DNA from: Squalus acanthias
Taxonomy: Eukaryota
NCBI GenBank assembly: GCA_030390025.1
Contig: JASTWF010000035.1
Coordinates: forward strand, 1,860,001-1,924,000
Length of the DNA: 64,000 nucleotides
Direction: 5' to 3'
Program-made: the position numbers and the translations under genes
The notes under the pieces: model-generated
What the model was told of the DNA's origin: nothing
Database searches by the model: none
What the model saw: the letters and a program-made list of their open reading frames with translations, nothing else
In this document: positions 12,654-26,163 of the stretch, one piece after another
Numbering within the stretch: the first letter of the stretch is position 1
Layout of the letters: every line of letters starts with the position of its first letter

Positions 12654-14507
12654 GGGCTCGATTTTGTCATTGGGGCGGGCTGGGGTCGTGTCATCCGCTT
12701 TTCGTGTTATCCACCCGACTCCAATTGGATGTGGGAGAATTATGTGATTTTCCCCTAATTGGGCAATTAAGTTCCAGCATGTGGGAACCCATGACCCAAT
12801 TAGTGTTTTCAGTCTGAAAGTTGCTTCTGATGATGTCATCATTGCTGCTGCATTTAAGGTCTGCAAAGACTGCCAGCCTTTTGGTCTTTGCTGTGAGAGG
12901 GACCTGGAGGCAAAATGAGCAGCAGGAGACCTAAGTCTGCCCACAGATTTTTTTTCTACCACCATCACCACCACCATCACCACCATCACCGCCACCATCA
13001 CCACCACCATCACCGCCACCACCATCACCACCACCATCACCACCGCCACCATCACCACCACCATCACCGCCACCACCACCACCACCACCACCGTCATCAC
13101 CACCGCCATCACCACCACCGCCACCTCCACCACCGCCACCACCACCTCCGCCACCACCACCATCACCACCACCATCACCGCCACCACCACCACCATCACC
13201 ACCACCATCACCGCCACCACCGCCACCATCACCATCATCACCGCCACCACCGCCACCGCCATCACCACCACCACCACCACCACCATCAGCACCACCACCG
13301 TCATCACCACCACCACCGCCACCTCCAACACCGCCACCACCACCTCCGCCACCACCACCACCACCACCATCACCGCCACCATCACCATCACCACCGCCAC
13401 CATCACCACCACCATCACCGCCACCGCCATCACTGCCATCACCACCGCCATCACCACCACCACCACCACCACCATCAGCACCACCACCGTCATCACCACC
13501 GCCATCACCACCACCGCCACCTCCACCACCGCCACCTCCACCACCGCCACCACCACCTCCGCCATCACCGCCACCACCACCTCCGCCACCACCGCCACCA
13601 CTGCCACCACCGCCACCACCACCTCCGCCATCACCGCCACCACCACCTCCGCCACCACCGCCACCACTGCCACCACTGCCACCGCCACCATCACCGCCAC
13701 CACCACCACCACCGCCACCACCACCTCCGCCACCACCGCCACCACCACCACTGCCACCACCACCATCACCGCCACCACCACCACCACCACCACCGCCACC
13801 ACCACCATCACCACCACTGCCGCCGCCACCACCACCGCCACCACCGCCACCACCACCGCCACCGCCACCATCACCGCCACCACCACCATCACCGCCACCA
13901 CCACTGCCACCGCAACCACCACCACCGCCACCGCCACCACCGCTGCCACCACCACCGCCATCACCACCGCCATCACCGCCACCACCACCACCGCCACAAC
14001 CGCTGCCACCACCACCATCACCACCACCATCACCGCTGCCACCACCGCCACCACCACCGCCACCACCATCACCGCCACCGCCACCATCACCGCCACCGCC
14101 ACCATCACCGCCACCACCACCATCACCGCCCCCGCCACCCCAGAATGATGATGGATCAAATCTCCTTTTTAATGGTGGAGCTGCAGCTGATAGTCAGCAA
14201 TCCAAGTGTGTTACCGTCAGGTTTCACCGTCGTGTTTCAGAGGAGACGTGCATCACGTCAGAAAACTGTTAAAATCAGAAAGCCCTCTCAAAATGGGATT
14301 ATAGAAGCAGTTAAGTGGTTGTTAAGGGCCTTAAGGGCCTATCCCGCCTCTTGGAGGCGGGACGCAGATGGGAGCGGAAACCACGCATTTGGGAAAATTG
14401 CTAGGAGGCGGGATGGAGGTGGGGTCGGGCCCGCCCGCCATTTTTTGCAATTTTAACACCGCACACACCTCCATTCCCACCTCCACGGGCCTGGCAAAAT
14501 CGAGCCC
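12654..14507. mobile_element. Non-autonomous TIR transposon (PIF/Harbinger-like) containing a (CCA)n expansion
   Basis: TIR GGGCTCGATTTTG...CAAAATCGAGCCC with 3-bp TSD TGA (12651-12653, 14508-14510). The left ~250 bp is homologous, inverted, to 36543-36944. Confidence 0.85.
12958..14140 (+). repeat. ~1.2 kb imperfect (CCA/ACC)n trinucleotide tract
   Basis: ACC interspersed with GCC, ATC, TCC and GTC; register is kept throughout. Confidence 0.97.
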
Positions 14508-14640
14508 TGACACTCACACTGACTGACACACTGGAAGACAATCACAGTGACAGACAGTGACACTCACACTGTTAGACACAAACTGACACTAGCTGACACT
14601 GACTGACGCTGACTGACAATCACTAACATTGACTGACATG

Positions 14641-17543
14641 GACAAACGATCAGGAAGGACAGGCAGGAAGGAAGGGGAGGTGGGGTGGCTATGTTAATAA
14701 AGGAAGGAATCACTGTAATACAGAGAAATGATATTGGGTCAAAAGATCAGGATAATGAAACAGTTTGGGTGGAAATAAGGAATAATAAGGGGAAAAAAAC
14801 ACTAGTGGGCGTAGTCGAAAGGCCTCCGAACAGTTGCAGCTCTGTTGGACGGAGTATCAATCAGGAAATAGTTGAGGCTTGTAATAAGGGAACATCTTTA
14901 ATTATGGGGGATTTTAACTATCATATTAATTGGACAAATCAAATTGGGCAGGGCTGCCTTGAGGATGAGTTCATTGAGTGTATTAGGGATGGGTTTCTTG
15001 AGCAGTATGTAACTGAACCAACCAGGGGGCAAGCAACCTTAGATCTGGTCCTGTGTAACGAGACAGGATTAATTAAAAATGTCCTAGTAAAGGATCCCCT
15101 TGGAATGAGTGACCATAACATGGTTGAATTCCATATTCAATTAGAGGGTGAGAAGGTTGGATCTCAAACAAGCGTGCTAAGCTTGAATAAAGGAGACTAT
15201 GAAGATATGCGAGCGGAATTGAGTAGAGTGGATTGGGAAAATAGATTAAAGGGTAAGACGATACATGATCAGTAGTGTACATTTAAGGAGTTATTTTACA
15301 ACTTCCAAAAAATATATATTCCACTGAGAAGAAAAGGGTGTAAAAGAAAAGACAGTCATCCGTGGCTAAGTAAAGAAATTAAGGATAGTATTCGACTAAA
15401 AACAAGGATTATAAGGTAGCCAAATCTAGTGGGAGGATAGAGGATTGGGAAAACTTTAAAAGACAGCAAAAAATAACAAAAAGATTGATTAAGAAAGGGA
15501 AGATAGATTATGAAAGTAAATTAGCAAAAAATATAAAAACAGATAGTAAGAGTTTTTATAGTTATATAAAAAGAAAAAGGGTGGCTAAAGTAAATGTTGG
15601 TCCCTTAGAGGATGAGACCGGGAAATTAATGGTGGGAAATATGGAGATGGCAAATGCACTGAATGGATATTTTGAATCAGTCTTTACAGTAGAGGACACT
15701 AAGAATATCCCAACACTGGACAAACAGGGGGCTATAGGGGGGGAGGAGCTAAACACAATCAAAATCACTAAGGAAGTGGTACTCGGTAAAATAATGGGAC
15801 TCAAGGCGGATAAATCACCTGGACCTGATGGCTTACATCCTAGGGTCTTGAGGGAAGTGTCGGTAGGGATTGTGGATGCATTGGTAATAATTTTCCAAAA
15901 CTCCCTGGACTCAGCAAAGATCCCGGCAGACTGGAAAACTGCTAATGTAACACCCTTATTTAAAAAGGACAGTAGACAGAAGGCTGGAAACTATAGACCG
16001 GTTAGCCTAACATCTGTGGTAGGTAAAATTTTGGAGTCCATTATTAAGGAGACAGTAACGGGACATTTGGATAATCATAATTTAATAGGACAAAGTCAGC
16101 ATGGTTTTATGAAGGGAAAGTCATGTTTGACAAATTTGCTGGAGTTCTTTGAGGAGGTAACATACAGGGTGGATAAAGGGGAACCAGTGGATGTGGTGTA
16201 TTTAGACTTCCAAAAGGCATTTGACAAGGTGCCACACAAAAGATTATTGCTTAAGATAAAAAATCACAGGATTGGGGGTAATATTCTGGCATGGATAGAG
16301 GATTGGCTATCTAACAGAAGGCAGAGAGTTGGGATAAATGGTTCATTCTCAGACTGGCAATCAGTAACTAGTGGTGTTCCGCAGGGGTCAGTGCTGGGTC
16401 CCCAACTCTTTACAATCTATATTAACGATTTGGAGGAGGGGACCGAGTGTAACATATCAAAGTTTGCAGATGATACTAAGATGGGAGGGAAAGTAGTGAG
16501 TGAGGAGGACATAAAAACTCTGCAAGGGGACATAGACAGGCTAAGTAAATGGGCAGAGATTTGGCAGATGGAATACAATACTGGAAAGTGTGAGGTTATG
16601 CACTTTGGCATAAAAATTGTAGATCAAGTTATTATCTTAATGGCAAGAAATTGGAAAGTACTGAAGTACAAAGGGATCTGGGGGTCCTGGTGCACGAAAC
16701 TCAAAAGGTTAGTATGCAGGTGCAGCAAGTGATTAAGAAGGCCAATGGAATGTTGGCTTTCATTGCTAGGGGGATAGAATATAAAAATAGGGAGGTATTG
16801 CTTCAGTTGTACAGGGTATTGGTGAGACCGCACCTGGAATACTGCATACAGTTTTGGTGTCCATACTTAAGAAAAGACATACTTGCTCTCGAGTCAGTAC
16901 AAAGAAGGTTCACTCGGTTAATCCCGGGGATGAGGGGATGGACATATGAGGAGAGGTTGGGTAGATTGGGACTCTACTCATTGGAGTTCAGAAGAATGAG
17001 AGGCGATCTTATTGAAACATATAAGATTGTGAAGGGGTTGGATCGGGTGGATGCGGGGAGGATGTTCCCGATGATGGGTGAAACTAGAACTAGGGGGCAT
17101 AGTCTTAGAATAAGGGGCTGCTCTTTCAAAGCTGAGACGAGAAGGAACTACTTCACTCAGAGGGTGGTAGGTCCATGGAATATGCTGCCCCAAAAAGCTG
17201 TAGAAGCTACATCATTACATAAATTTAAAACAGAAATAGACAGTTTCCTAGAAGTAAAGGGAATTAAGGGTCACGGGGAGCGTGCAGGAATTTGGACATG
17301 AGTCTAGGTTCGGATCGGTCATAGCCCTGTGGGTAGCGTAGCGGGCCCAGGGGCCGTGTTGCCTGATCCTGCTCCTATTTCGTGTGTCCAATTCTGTTAG
17401 CTTCAGGAGATGGTTCTGTGATAGTAGATTGGCGGTTAGGATCAGATCAGCCATGATCTTATTGAATGGCGGAGCAGGCTCGAGGGGCCAATTGGCCTAC
17501 TCCTGCTCCTATTTCTTATGTTCTTATGTTCTTATGTTCTTAT
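14641..17543 (+). mobile_element. CR1 LINE (family A), 5'-truncated ORF2 with stops and frameshifts, (TTCTTATG)n tail
   Basis: ORFs 14685..15275 (APE), 15485..16732 (RT) and 16651..17301. Confidence 0.95.
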
Positions 17544-17576
17544 GACACGGACTGACACTGACAGACACTCCCACTG

Positions 17577-20548
17577 ACATAAGAACATAAGAACTAGGAG
17601 CAGGAGTAGGCCATTCGGCCCTTCGAGCCTGCTCCGCCATTCAATGAGATCATGGCTGATCTTCTGCCTCAACTCCATTCACCGGCCTTATCGCCATTTC
17701 CCTTGATGCCCTTACTCGTCAGAAATTTATCTACTTCTGTTTTGAATATACCCAATGACTGAGCTTCCACAACCCTCTGGGGTAGAGAATTCCAAAGATT
17801 CACCACCCTCTTTGTGAAGAAATTTCTTCTCATCTCAGTCCTGAATGGCCTACCCTTTATCTTGAGGCTGTGGCCCCTGGTTCTAGACTCCCCAGCTAAG
17901 AGAAACATTCTCCCAGCATACACCCTATCAATAACTGTAATAATTTTGTATGCTTCAATGAGATCCCCTCTCATTCTTCTGAATTCAAGAGAATACAGGC
18001 CTAGTTTACTCAATCTCTTCTCATACGACAGTCCCGCCATCCCAGGAATCAATCTCGTGAACCTTCGTTGCACTCCCTCTATGGCAAGTATATCCTTCCT
18101 TAGGTAAGGAGACCAAAATTGTACACAGCACTCCAGGTGTGGTCTCACCAAGGCCCTATATAACCTGGTGTTGTGCAACTTCTCACTATATAATTGGAGT
18201 AAGTTTTCTTTACTCCTGTACTCAAATTCTCTTGTAATGAAGGCCAGCATACCATTTGCCTTCCTAATGGCTCGCTGCACCTGCACATTCACTTTCAGTG
18301 ACTCATGTACAAGGACACCCAGGTGCCTTTGAGCATCTGCATTCCCCAATCTTTCACCATTTAGGAAATACTCTGCCTTTCTGTTTTTTCTACCAAAGTG
18401 GATAACTTCACATTTATCCACATTATATTCCATCTGCCATGTTCTCGCCCACTCACTGAGCCTGTCGAGATCCCCCTGAAGCCTCTTCACATCCTCTTTG
18501 CAACTGACACTGCCACCTAGCTTTGTACATCAGCAAATTTGGAAATGTTACATTTAGTCCCCTCATCCAAATCATTGATATAGATTGTGAACAGCTGGGG
18601 CCCAAGCACCGATCCTTGCAGGTACCCCACTAGTCACAGCCTGCCATCCTGAAAAAGACCCGTTTATCCCTACTCTTTGTTTTCTCTCTGTTAACCCATT
18701 CTCAATCCATGCTAGTATATTACCCCCAATTCCATGTGCCCTAATTTTGTTCACCAACCTCTTGTGTGGGACCTTATCGAAGGCATTCTGAAAATCCAGA
18801 TACACCACATCTACCGGTTCCCCTTTGTCTACTCCACTAGTTACATCCTCAAAGAACTCCAATAGATTTGTCAAACAGGATTTCCCTTTCATAAATCCAT
18901 GTTGACTCAGCCCAATCTTACTATTAGTTTCTAAGTGCCCAGTTATTGTGTCTTTTATAATAGATTCCAGCATTTCCCAACTACTGATGTGAGGCTAACA
19001 GTTCTGTAGTTCCCCATTTTCTTTCTCCCTCCTTTCTTAAATAGCGGGGTTACATTTGCTGTCCTCCAATCTGCAGGAACTGTTCCAGAATCTATAGAAT
19101 TTTGGAAGATGACAATCAAAGCGTCCACTAACCCAATGGCCACCTCTTTTAAAACCCTAGGATGTAGGTTATCCGGTCCTTGGGATTTATCGACTTTTAG
19201 TCCCATTAATTTTGCGAGTACTGTTTTTTTACTAATAATAATTTATTTAAGTTCCTCATTCTCGTCACACCCTTGGTTTTCTCGTATTTCTGGGAGGTTT
19301 TTTGTGTCTTCCTCCGTGAAGACAGAAACAAAGTATTTATTTAATTTCTCAGCCATTTCCTCATTCCCCATTATAAATTCTCCCGTCTCTGACTGTAAAG
19401 GACCTACATTTACCTTCGCTGGTCTTTTCCTTTTCACATACCTTTAGAAGCTTTTACAATCCGTTTTTATATTTTTCGCTAGTTTGTGCTCATATTCCAT
19501 TTTCTCTTTCTTTATCAATTTCTTGGTCCCCCTTTGCTGATTTCTAAAAAGATCCCAATCCTCAGGCTGACCGCTTTTTCTAGCAACTTTATAAGCTTCC
19601 TCGTTTGACTTAATACTAGCTTTAATTTCTTTTGTTAGCCATGGTTGGATCACTTTTCCTTTTGGGTTTTTATGCCCTAGAGAAATATATGTTGCAAATT
19701 ATGCATTATTTCCTTGAATGTTAGCCATTGTATGTCCACCTTCATACCTTTTAGTGTAGTCTCCCAATCTACCATGGCCAACTTGTCCCTCATACCCTTG
19801 TAGTTTCCTCTGTTTAGATTGAAGACCTTAGTTTCAGATTGGACTACATCACTCTCAAACTTAATGTAAAATTCAATCATATTATGGTCACTTGTCCCGA
19901 TAGGCTCCTTTACCACAAGATTATTGATTAGCCCTTTCTCATTACACAGTACCAGATCCAGAATAGCCTGTTCCCTGGTTGGTTCCTCCACAAAGTGATC
20001 CAGGAAACCATCTCGCATGCATTCCAAGAATTTGTCCTCCACACCATTAGTGGTAATTTGATTTGCCCAGTCAATATGTAGATTAAAGTCCCCCATGATT
20101 ACCGTATTGCCCTTGTTACATACACTTCTAATTTCTTGATTGATTCTGTGCCCTACATTACCATTACTGTTTGGTGGCCTATACACAACACCCACCAATG
20201 TTTTCCGCCCTTTGCTGTTTCTTAGCTCCACCCAAACTGATTCCAATTCTACATCACGATCTGCCGAGCCAAGATCTTTTATCTCTACCGTACCGATCTC
20301 ATCCCTTATTAACAGCGCTACGCCACCTCCTTTTCCTTTTTGTCTGTCCTTCCTAAATGTTGAGTACCCTGGAACATTCAGTTGCCAGCTTTGGTTACCC
20401 TGCAACCATGTCTCTGTAATGGCAATTACATCATACCCATTCACTTCTATTAGTGCCATTAATTCATCCATCTTGTTGTGAATGCTACGTGCATTTAGAT
20501 AAAGTGCCTTCAACTTTGACTGTTTAATATTTTTCTGCACTTTGAGGC
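17577..20548 (-). mobile_element. CR1 LINE (family C), complete but disrupted ORF2, fused at its 5' end to the tail of family D
   Basis: ORFs 19677..20540 (APE), 18572..19653 pieces and 17669..18490. (CATAAGAA)n tail at 17577. Confidence 0.93.
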
Positions 20549-23500
20549 TAGAGTCATAGAGTTATACAGCACAGAAAGAGGCCATTCGGCCCATCGTGTC
20601 CGTGCCGGCCATCAAGCCCTGTCTATTCTAAACCCATTTTCCAGCACTTGGTCCGTAGCCTTGTATGCTATGGCGCTTCAAGTGCTCATCTAAATGCTTC
20701 TTGAATGTTGTGAGGGTTCCTGCCTCTACCACCCTTTCAGGCAGTGAGTTCCAGATTCCAACCACCCTCTGGGTGAAAAAGTTTTTCCTCAAATCCCCTC
20801 TAAACCTCCTGCCCCTTACCTTGAAACTATGCCCCCATGTTATTGACCCCTCTACTTAGGGGAAAACTTCCTTTCTATCTACCCTAACTATGCCCCTCAA
20901 AGTTTTGTACATCTCAAGGTCCCACCTCAGCCTTCTCTGCTCTAAGGAAAACAACCCCAGCCTGTCCAGTCTCTCTTCATAGCTGAAGCGCTGCAGCCCA
21001 GGTAACATCCTGGTGAATCTCCTCTGCACCCTCTCCAATGCAATCATATCCCTCCTATAGTGTGGCAACCAGAACTGCACACAGTATTCCAGCTGTGGCC
21101 GAACTAACGTTTTGTACAGCTCCATTATAAACTCCCTGCTATTATATTTTATGCCTCGGCTAATGAAGGCAAGTATCCCATATGCCTTTTTAAACACCTT
21201 ATCTACCTGTCCTGATGCCTTCAGGGATCTATGTACATGCACACCAAGGTCCCTCTGATCCTCTGTCCTTCCTAGGGTCCTACCATTCATTGTGTATTCT
21301 CTTGCCTTGTTAGTCCTCCCAAAATGCATCACCTCACACTTTTCAGGGTTAAATTCCATTTGCCACTGTTCTGCCCATCTGACCAACCCGTCTATATCAT
21401 CCTGTAGCCTGAGGCTTCCCTCCTCGCTATTTACCACTCCACCAATTTTCATGTCATCTGCGAACATACTGATCATATCGCCTACATTCATATCTAAGTT
21501 ATTAATGTACACTACAAACAGCAAGGGACCCAGCACCGATCCCTGCGGTACACCACAGGACACAGGCTTCCAGTCACAAAAACAACCTTCGACCATCACC
21601 CTCTGCCTCCTCCCACGAAGGCAATTTTGGATCCAATGTGCCAAATTGCCCTGGATCCCATGGGCTCTTACCTTCTTGACCAGTCTCCCATGCGGGACTT
21701 TGTCAAAAGCCTTACTGAAGTCCATGTAGACTACATCAACTGCACTACCCTCATCCACACACCTAGTCACCCCCTCGAAAAATTCAATCAGATTGGTTAG
21801 ACATGATCTCCCCCTGATAAAGCCATGCTGACTATCCTTGATTAATCCTTGCCTCTCCAAGTGGAGACTAATTCTGTCCCTCAGAATTTTTTCCAATAAT
21901 TTCCCTACCACTGATGTTCGGCTCACTGGCCTGTAATTCCCTGGTTTATCCCTACTACCCTTCTTGAATAATGGTACTATGTTAGCTGTCCTCCAGTCCT
22001 TTGGCACCTCCCCTATGGCCAGAAAGGTTCTGAAAATTTGTGTCAGAGCCCCTGCAATCTCCTCCCTTGCCTCACACAGCAGCCTGGGATACATCTCATC
22101 TGGGCCTGGGGATTTATCCACTTTTAAGCCCACTAAAACTGTTAGTACCTCCTCCCTCTCAATGCTAATTTGTTCAAGTATATCACAATCCCCTGCCTGA
22201 AATCTATGCCTACATCGTCCTTCTCCATAGTGAACACAGATGCAAAATATTCATTTAAAACCTCGCGTACATCTTCCGGCTCTACACACAGATTGCCACT
22301 TTGGTCCCTAATGGGCCCTACTCTTTCCCTGGTTATCCTCTTGCCCTTAATATACTTATAAAACACCTTGGGATTTTCCTTTATTTTGCCTGCCAGTGTT
22401 TTTTCATGCCCCCTCTTCGCGCTCCTAATTTCTTTTTTAAGTACCCCCCTGCACTTTCTATTCTCCTCTAGGGCTTCCACTGTTTTTAGTCCTTTGTATC
22501 TGCCAAAAGCCTCCATTTTTTTCCTCATCCATTTTTGTATATCCCTTGACATCCAGGGTTCCCTGGGCTTGTTGGTCCCACCCTTGAACTTTACGGGAAC
22601 ATGTTGGCGCTGTACTCGCTCTGTTTCCTTTCTGAATGACTCCCACTGCTCTGATGTGGATTTTCCTACAAGTAGCTGATCCCAGTCCACTTTGACCAGA
22701 TCCTGCCTTATCATATTAAAATCGGCCTTCCCCCAATTTAGAACCTTTATTTCCGGTCCATCTTTGACCTTTTCCATGACTACCTTAAATCTCACCGAAT
22801 TATGGTCACTGTCACCAAAATGCTTTCCTACTGACACTTCTACCACTTGCCCGGCTACATTCCCTAGAATTATGTCCAGTACCGCCCCCTCTCTTGTAGG
22901 ACTTTCTACATGCTGGCTCAAAAAGCTCTCCTGGATGCACTTTAAGAATTCCGCACCCTCTAAGCCTTTCACACTCTGACTATTCCAGTTAATATTGGGG
23001 AAGCTGAAATCCCCTACTATTATTACCCTATTATTTCTACACTTCTGAGATTTGCCTACTTATCTGTTCCTCTATCTCCCCCTGACTGTTTGGGGGCCTA
23101 TAGTACGCTCCCAGCAAAGTGCTTGCCCCCTTTTTGGTTTTAAGTTCTACCCATATGGCCTCATTAGAGGAACCTGCTAAGATATCATCCCTCCTTACTG
23201 CAGTAATTAACTCCTTGATTAATATTGCGACACCCCCTCCTCTTTTCCACCCCCCTCTGTCTCGCCTGAAGATTCTATACCCCGGAATATTGAGCTGCCA
23301 GTCCTGCCCCTCCCTCAACCATGTCTCTGTGATAGCAACAATATCATACTCCCATGTGTTCATCAACACCTTCAATTCATCTGCCTTACTCGCAAGACTC
23401 CTTGCATTAAAATAAATGCCATCCAGCCTTGCCATACTCCTTGTGCCGTTACATATTTGCCCTGCCTTCCAGACTGACTTGTTTTTTCCTCTCTATTTGG

Positions 23501-24880
23501 CTGTGCATCACCCCCTACTATATCTCCACTCCGTATCCCATCCCCCTGCCAAGTTAGTTTAAACCCCCCCCAACAGTACTCGCAAACCTCCCCGCAAGGA
23601 TGTTGGTCCTGTTCCGGTTCAGGTGCAACCCGTTCGACTTGTACAGGTCCCACCTTCCCCAGAAACAGACCCAGTGATCCAGGAAACTAAAGCCATCCCT
23701 CCTGCACCAACTCTTTAGCCACGCATTCATCTGCTCTATCCTCCTATTCCTATATTCACTAGCACGTGGCACCGGGAGTAATCCAGAGATTACATCCTTT
23801 GAGGTCCTGCTTTTTAATCTGCTACCTCGCTCCCTAAATTCTTGTTGCAGGACCTCATCCCTCTTTCTACCTATGTCGTTGGTACCAATGTGAACCACGA
23901 CCTCTGACTGTTCACCCTCCCCCTTCAGAATGCCCTGCAGCCGTTCAGTGACATCCTTGACCCTGGCACCAGGGAGGCAACATACCATCCTGGAGTCATG
24001 TCTGCGGCCACGGAAACGCCTGTCTGCACCCATCACTATTGAGTCTCCGACCACTATTGCCCTTCCACTCTTACTCCTCCCCCCTTGTGCAGCTGAGCCA
24101 CCCACAGTGCCGTGAGCTTGGCTCTGGCTGCACTCCCCAGAGGAACCGTCACTTTCACCGTTTTCCAACACAGAAAAACGGTTGTTGAGTGAGGTGCACT
24201 CTGGGGCTTTCCTGACTACCTGCCTGCCCCCCTTCTTCTGACCACCAGTCTCCCATTCCCTCTCTGACTGCACTTTCTTAAGCTGCGGGGTGACGTCTAA
24301 AAACGTGCTATCCACGTAACTCTCAGCCTCGCGGATACACCGCAGTGCCTCCAGCTGACGCTCGAGCTCCGAAAACCGGATCTGAAGTTGGCCAAACCGT
24401 TGGCACTTACTGCACATGTGGTCATCCTGACTGCAAGAAGCGTCTAGGAATTCCCACATGCTGCAGGCCGTGCAACGCACGGGACTGAGGTCCCCTGCCA
24501 TACTTTTAATGAAAAAACTCTTACCTCAAATTTCAACTCTCGGATTCTCGCTCTCCCGAACTACCTTAACTATGAACTACCTTAAAAGAAATAGATTTAA
24601 AATTGAAGAAAAAAAAAGCACTCACCCACTACTCACCAATCAGCTTCTTCCCCTGCGCCGGCATCACTTTGGAACACGTATATCTTTTAATCTACACCAA
24701 GGCACTTAAATTTTCACGCCCAAGTTTGGAAAAAAGCGAGAAATAGAGAAATACTTACCAACCAATCACTTACCTGCTTTCTGGTCACGTCACACTTCGA
24801 TTACTTTTTACTTCTTTACACTCACCGGTCCTTTGTATCTCAACTGCTCTCCTGGGCTCCCGCTGCTTTTACTGCCGCCG
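20549..24880 (-). mobile_element. CR1 LINE (family D), full length: 5'UTR, ORF1, disrupted ORF2, (CATAGAGT) tail
   Basis: ORF1 23554..24501; ORF2 pieces 23037..23435, 22142..22972 and 20856..22133. Confidence 0.95.
23554..24501 (-). CDS. CR1 ORF1p: CxxC..CxxC zinc finger, coiled coil and SGNH esterase (open frame, 315 aa)
   Basis: CTACSMWE...CSKC, VVGDSIV, HIGTND. The block V motif reads SNGLH, so the Asp is lost. Confidence 0.85.
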   Translation of the reverse strand: MAGDLSPVRCTACSMWEFLDASCSQDDHMCSKCQRFGQLQIRFSELERQLEALRCIREAESYVDSTFLDVTPQLKKVQSEREWETGGQKKGGRQVVRKAPECTSLNNRFSVLENGESDGSSGECSQSQAHGTVGGSAAQGGRSKSGRAIVVGDSIVMGADRRFRGRRHDSRMVCCLPGARVKDVTERLQGILKGEGEQSEVVVHIGTNDIGRKRDEVLQQEFRERGSRLKSRTSKDVISGLLPVPRASEYRNRRIEQMNAWLKSWCRRDGFSFLDHWVCFWGRWDLYKSNGLHLNRNRTNILAGRFASTVGGGLN

Positions 24881-25604
24881 AAGTCTCGCTCGTTTTAAGG
24901 AGCATCTTAAAGGAGGAGAGAGAAGTAGTGAGGTGGAGGAATTCCAGAGCTTAGGGCCAAGGCTGCTGAAAGCACGGCCGCCAATGGTGGAGTGATTAAA
25001 ATCAGGGATGTGCAAGGTGCCAGAATTGGAGGAGCACAGAGATATCGAAGGCTTGTAGGGCAGGAGGAGGTTACAGAGATAGGGAGGGGCGAGGCCATGG
25101 AGGGATTTGAAAACAAGGATGAGAATTTTAAATTGAGGCATTATTGGACCGGGAGTCAGTGTAGGTCAGCGAGCACAGGGTTGATGGGTGAACGGGACTT
25201 GGTGCGAGTTAAGATACGGCAGCAGGGTTTTGGATGAGCACATGTTTATGGAGGGTGGAAGATGGGAGACCGGCCAGGACTGCATTGGAATAGTCAAGTC
25301 TAGAGGTAACAAAGGCATGGATGAGGGTTTCAGCAGCGGATGAGCTGAGGCTGGTTTGGAGACGGGTGATGCTATGGAGGTGGAAGGAGGCAGTCTTGGT
25401 GATGGAATGGATATGTGGTCGGAAGCTCACCGCGGGGTCAAACACAAGACCAAGGTTATGAACGGTTTACCTCAGCTTCAGACAGTTGCCAGGGAGAGGG
25501 ATAGAAACGGTGGTCAGGGGACGGAGTTTGTGGCGAGGACCAAAGACAATGGCTTTGGTCTTCCCAATATTTAGTTGCAGGAAATTTCTTCTCATCCAAT
25601 AGTA

Positions 25605-26163
25605 TTGAGTATTGTGTGCAGTTTTGGTCGCCTTATCTGAGGAAGGATGTTCTTGCCATGGAGGGAGTGCAGCGAAGATTTACCAGACTGATACCTGGGA
25701 TGGCAGGAATGATGTATGAGGAGAGATTGGGTCGATTAGGCTTATATTCACTAGAGTTTAGAAGAATGAGAGGGGATCTCATTGAAACTTATAAAATTCT
25801 AACAGGACTAGACAGACTAGATGCAGGAAGGATGTTCCCGATGGCCGGGGAGTCCCGAACCAGAGGTCACAGTCTAAGGATAAGGGGTAAGCCATTTAGG
25901 ACTGAGATGAGGAGGAATTTCTTCACCCAGAGAGTGGTGAACCTGTGGAATTCTCTACCACAGAAGGCAGTTGAGGCCAATTCATTAAATATATTCAAGA
26001 AGGAGTTAGATATATTTCTTAAGGCTAAAGGGATCAAGGGATATGGGGAGAAAGCAGGGACAGGGTACTGAATTTGGATGATCAGCCATGATCTCATTAA
26101 ATGGCGGAGCAGGCTCGAGGGGCCGAATGGCCTACTCCTGCTCCTATCTTCTATGCTTCTATG
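25605..26163 (+). mobile_element. CR1 family B 3' fragment inserted in L2
   Basis: ORF 25616..26071 is nearly identical to the C-terminus of 2926..4209. Confidence 0.92.

Noticed and set aside
12465..14456. Histidine-rich protein (513 aa) or poly-Val protein (564 aa)
   Set aside because: These are translations of a (CCA)n tract inside a TIR element; several frames on both strands are open.
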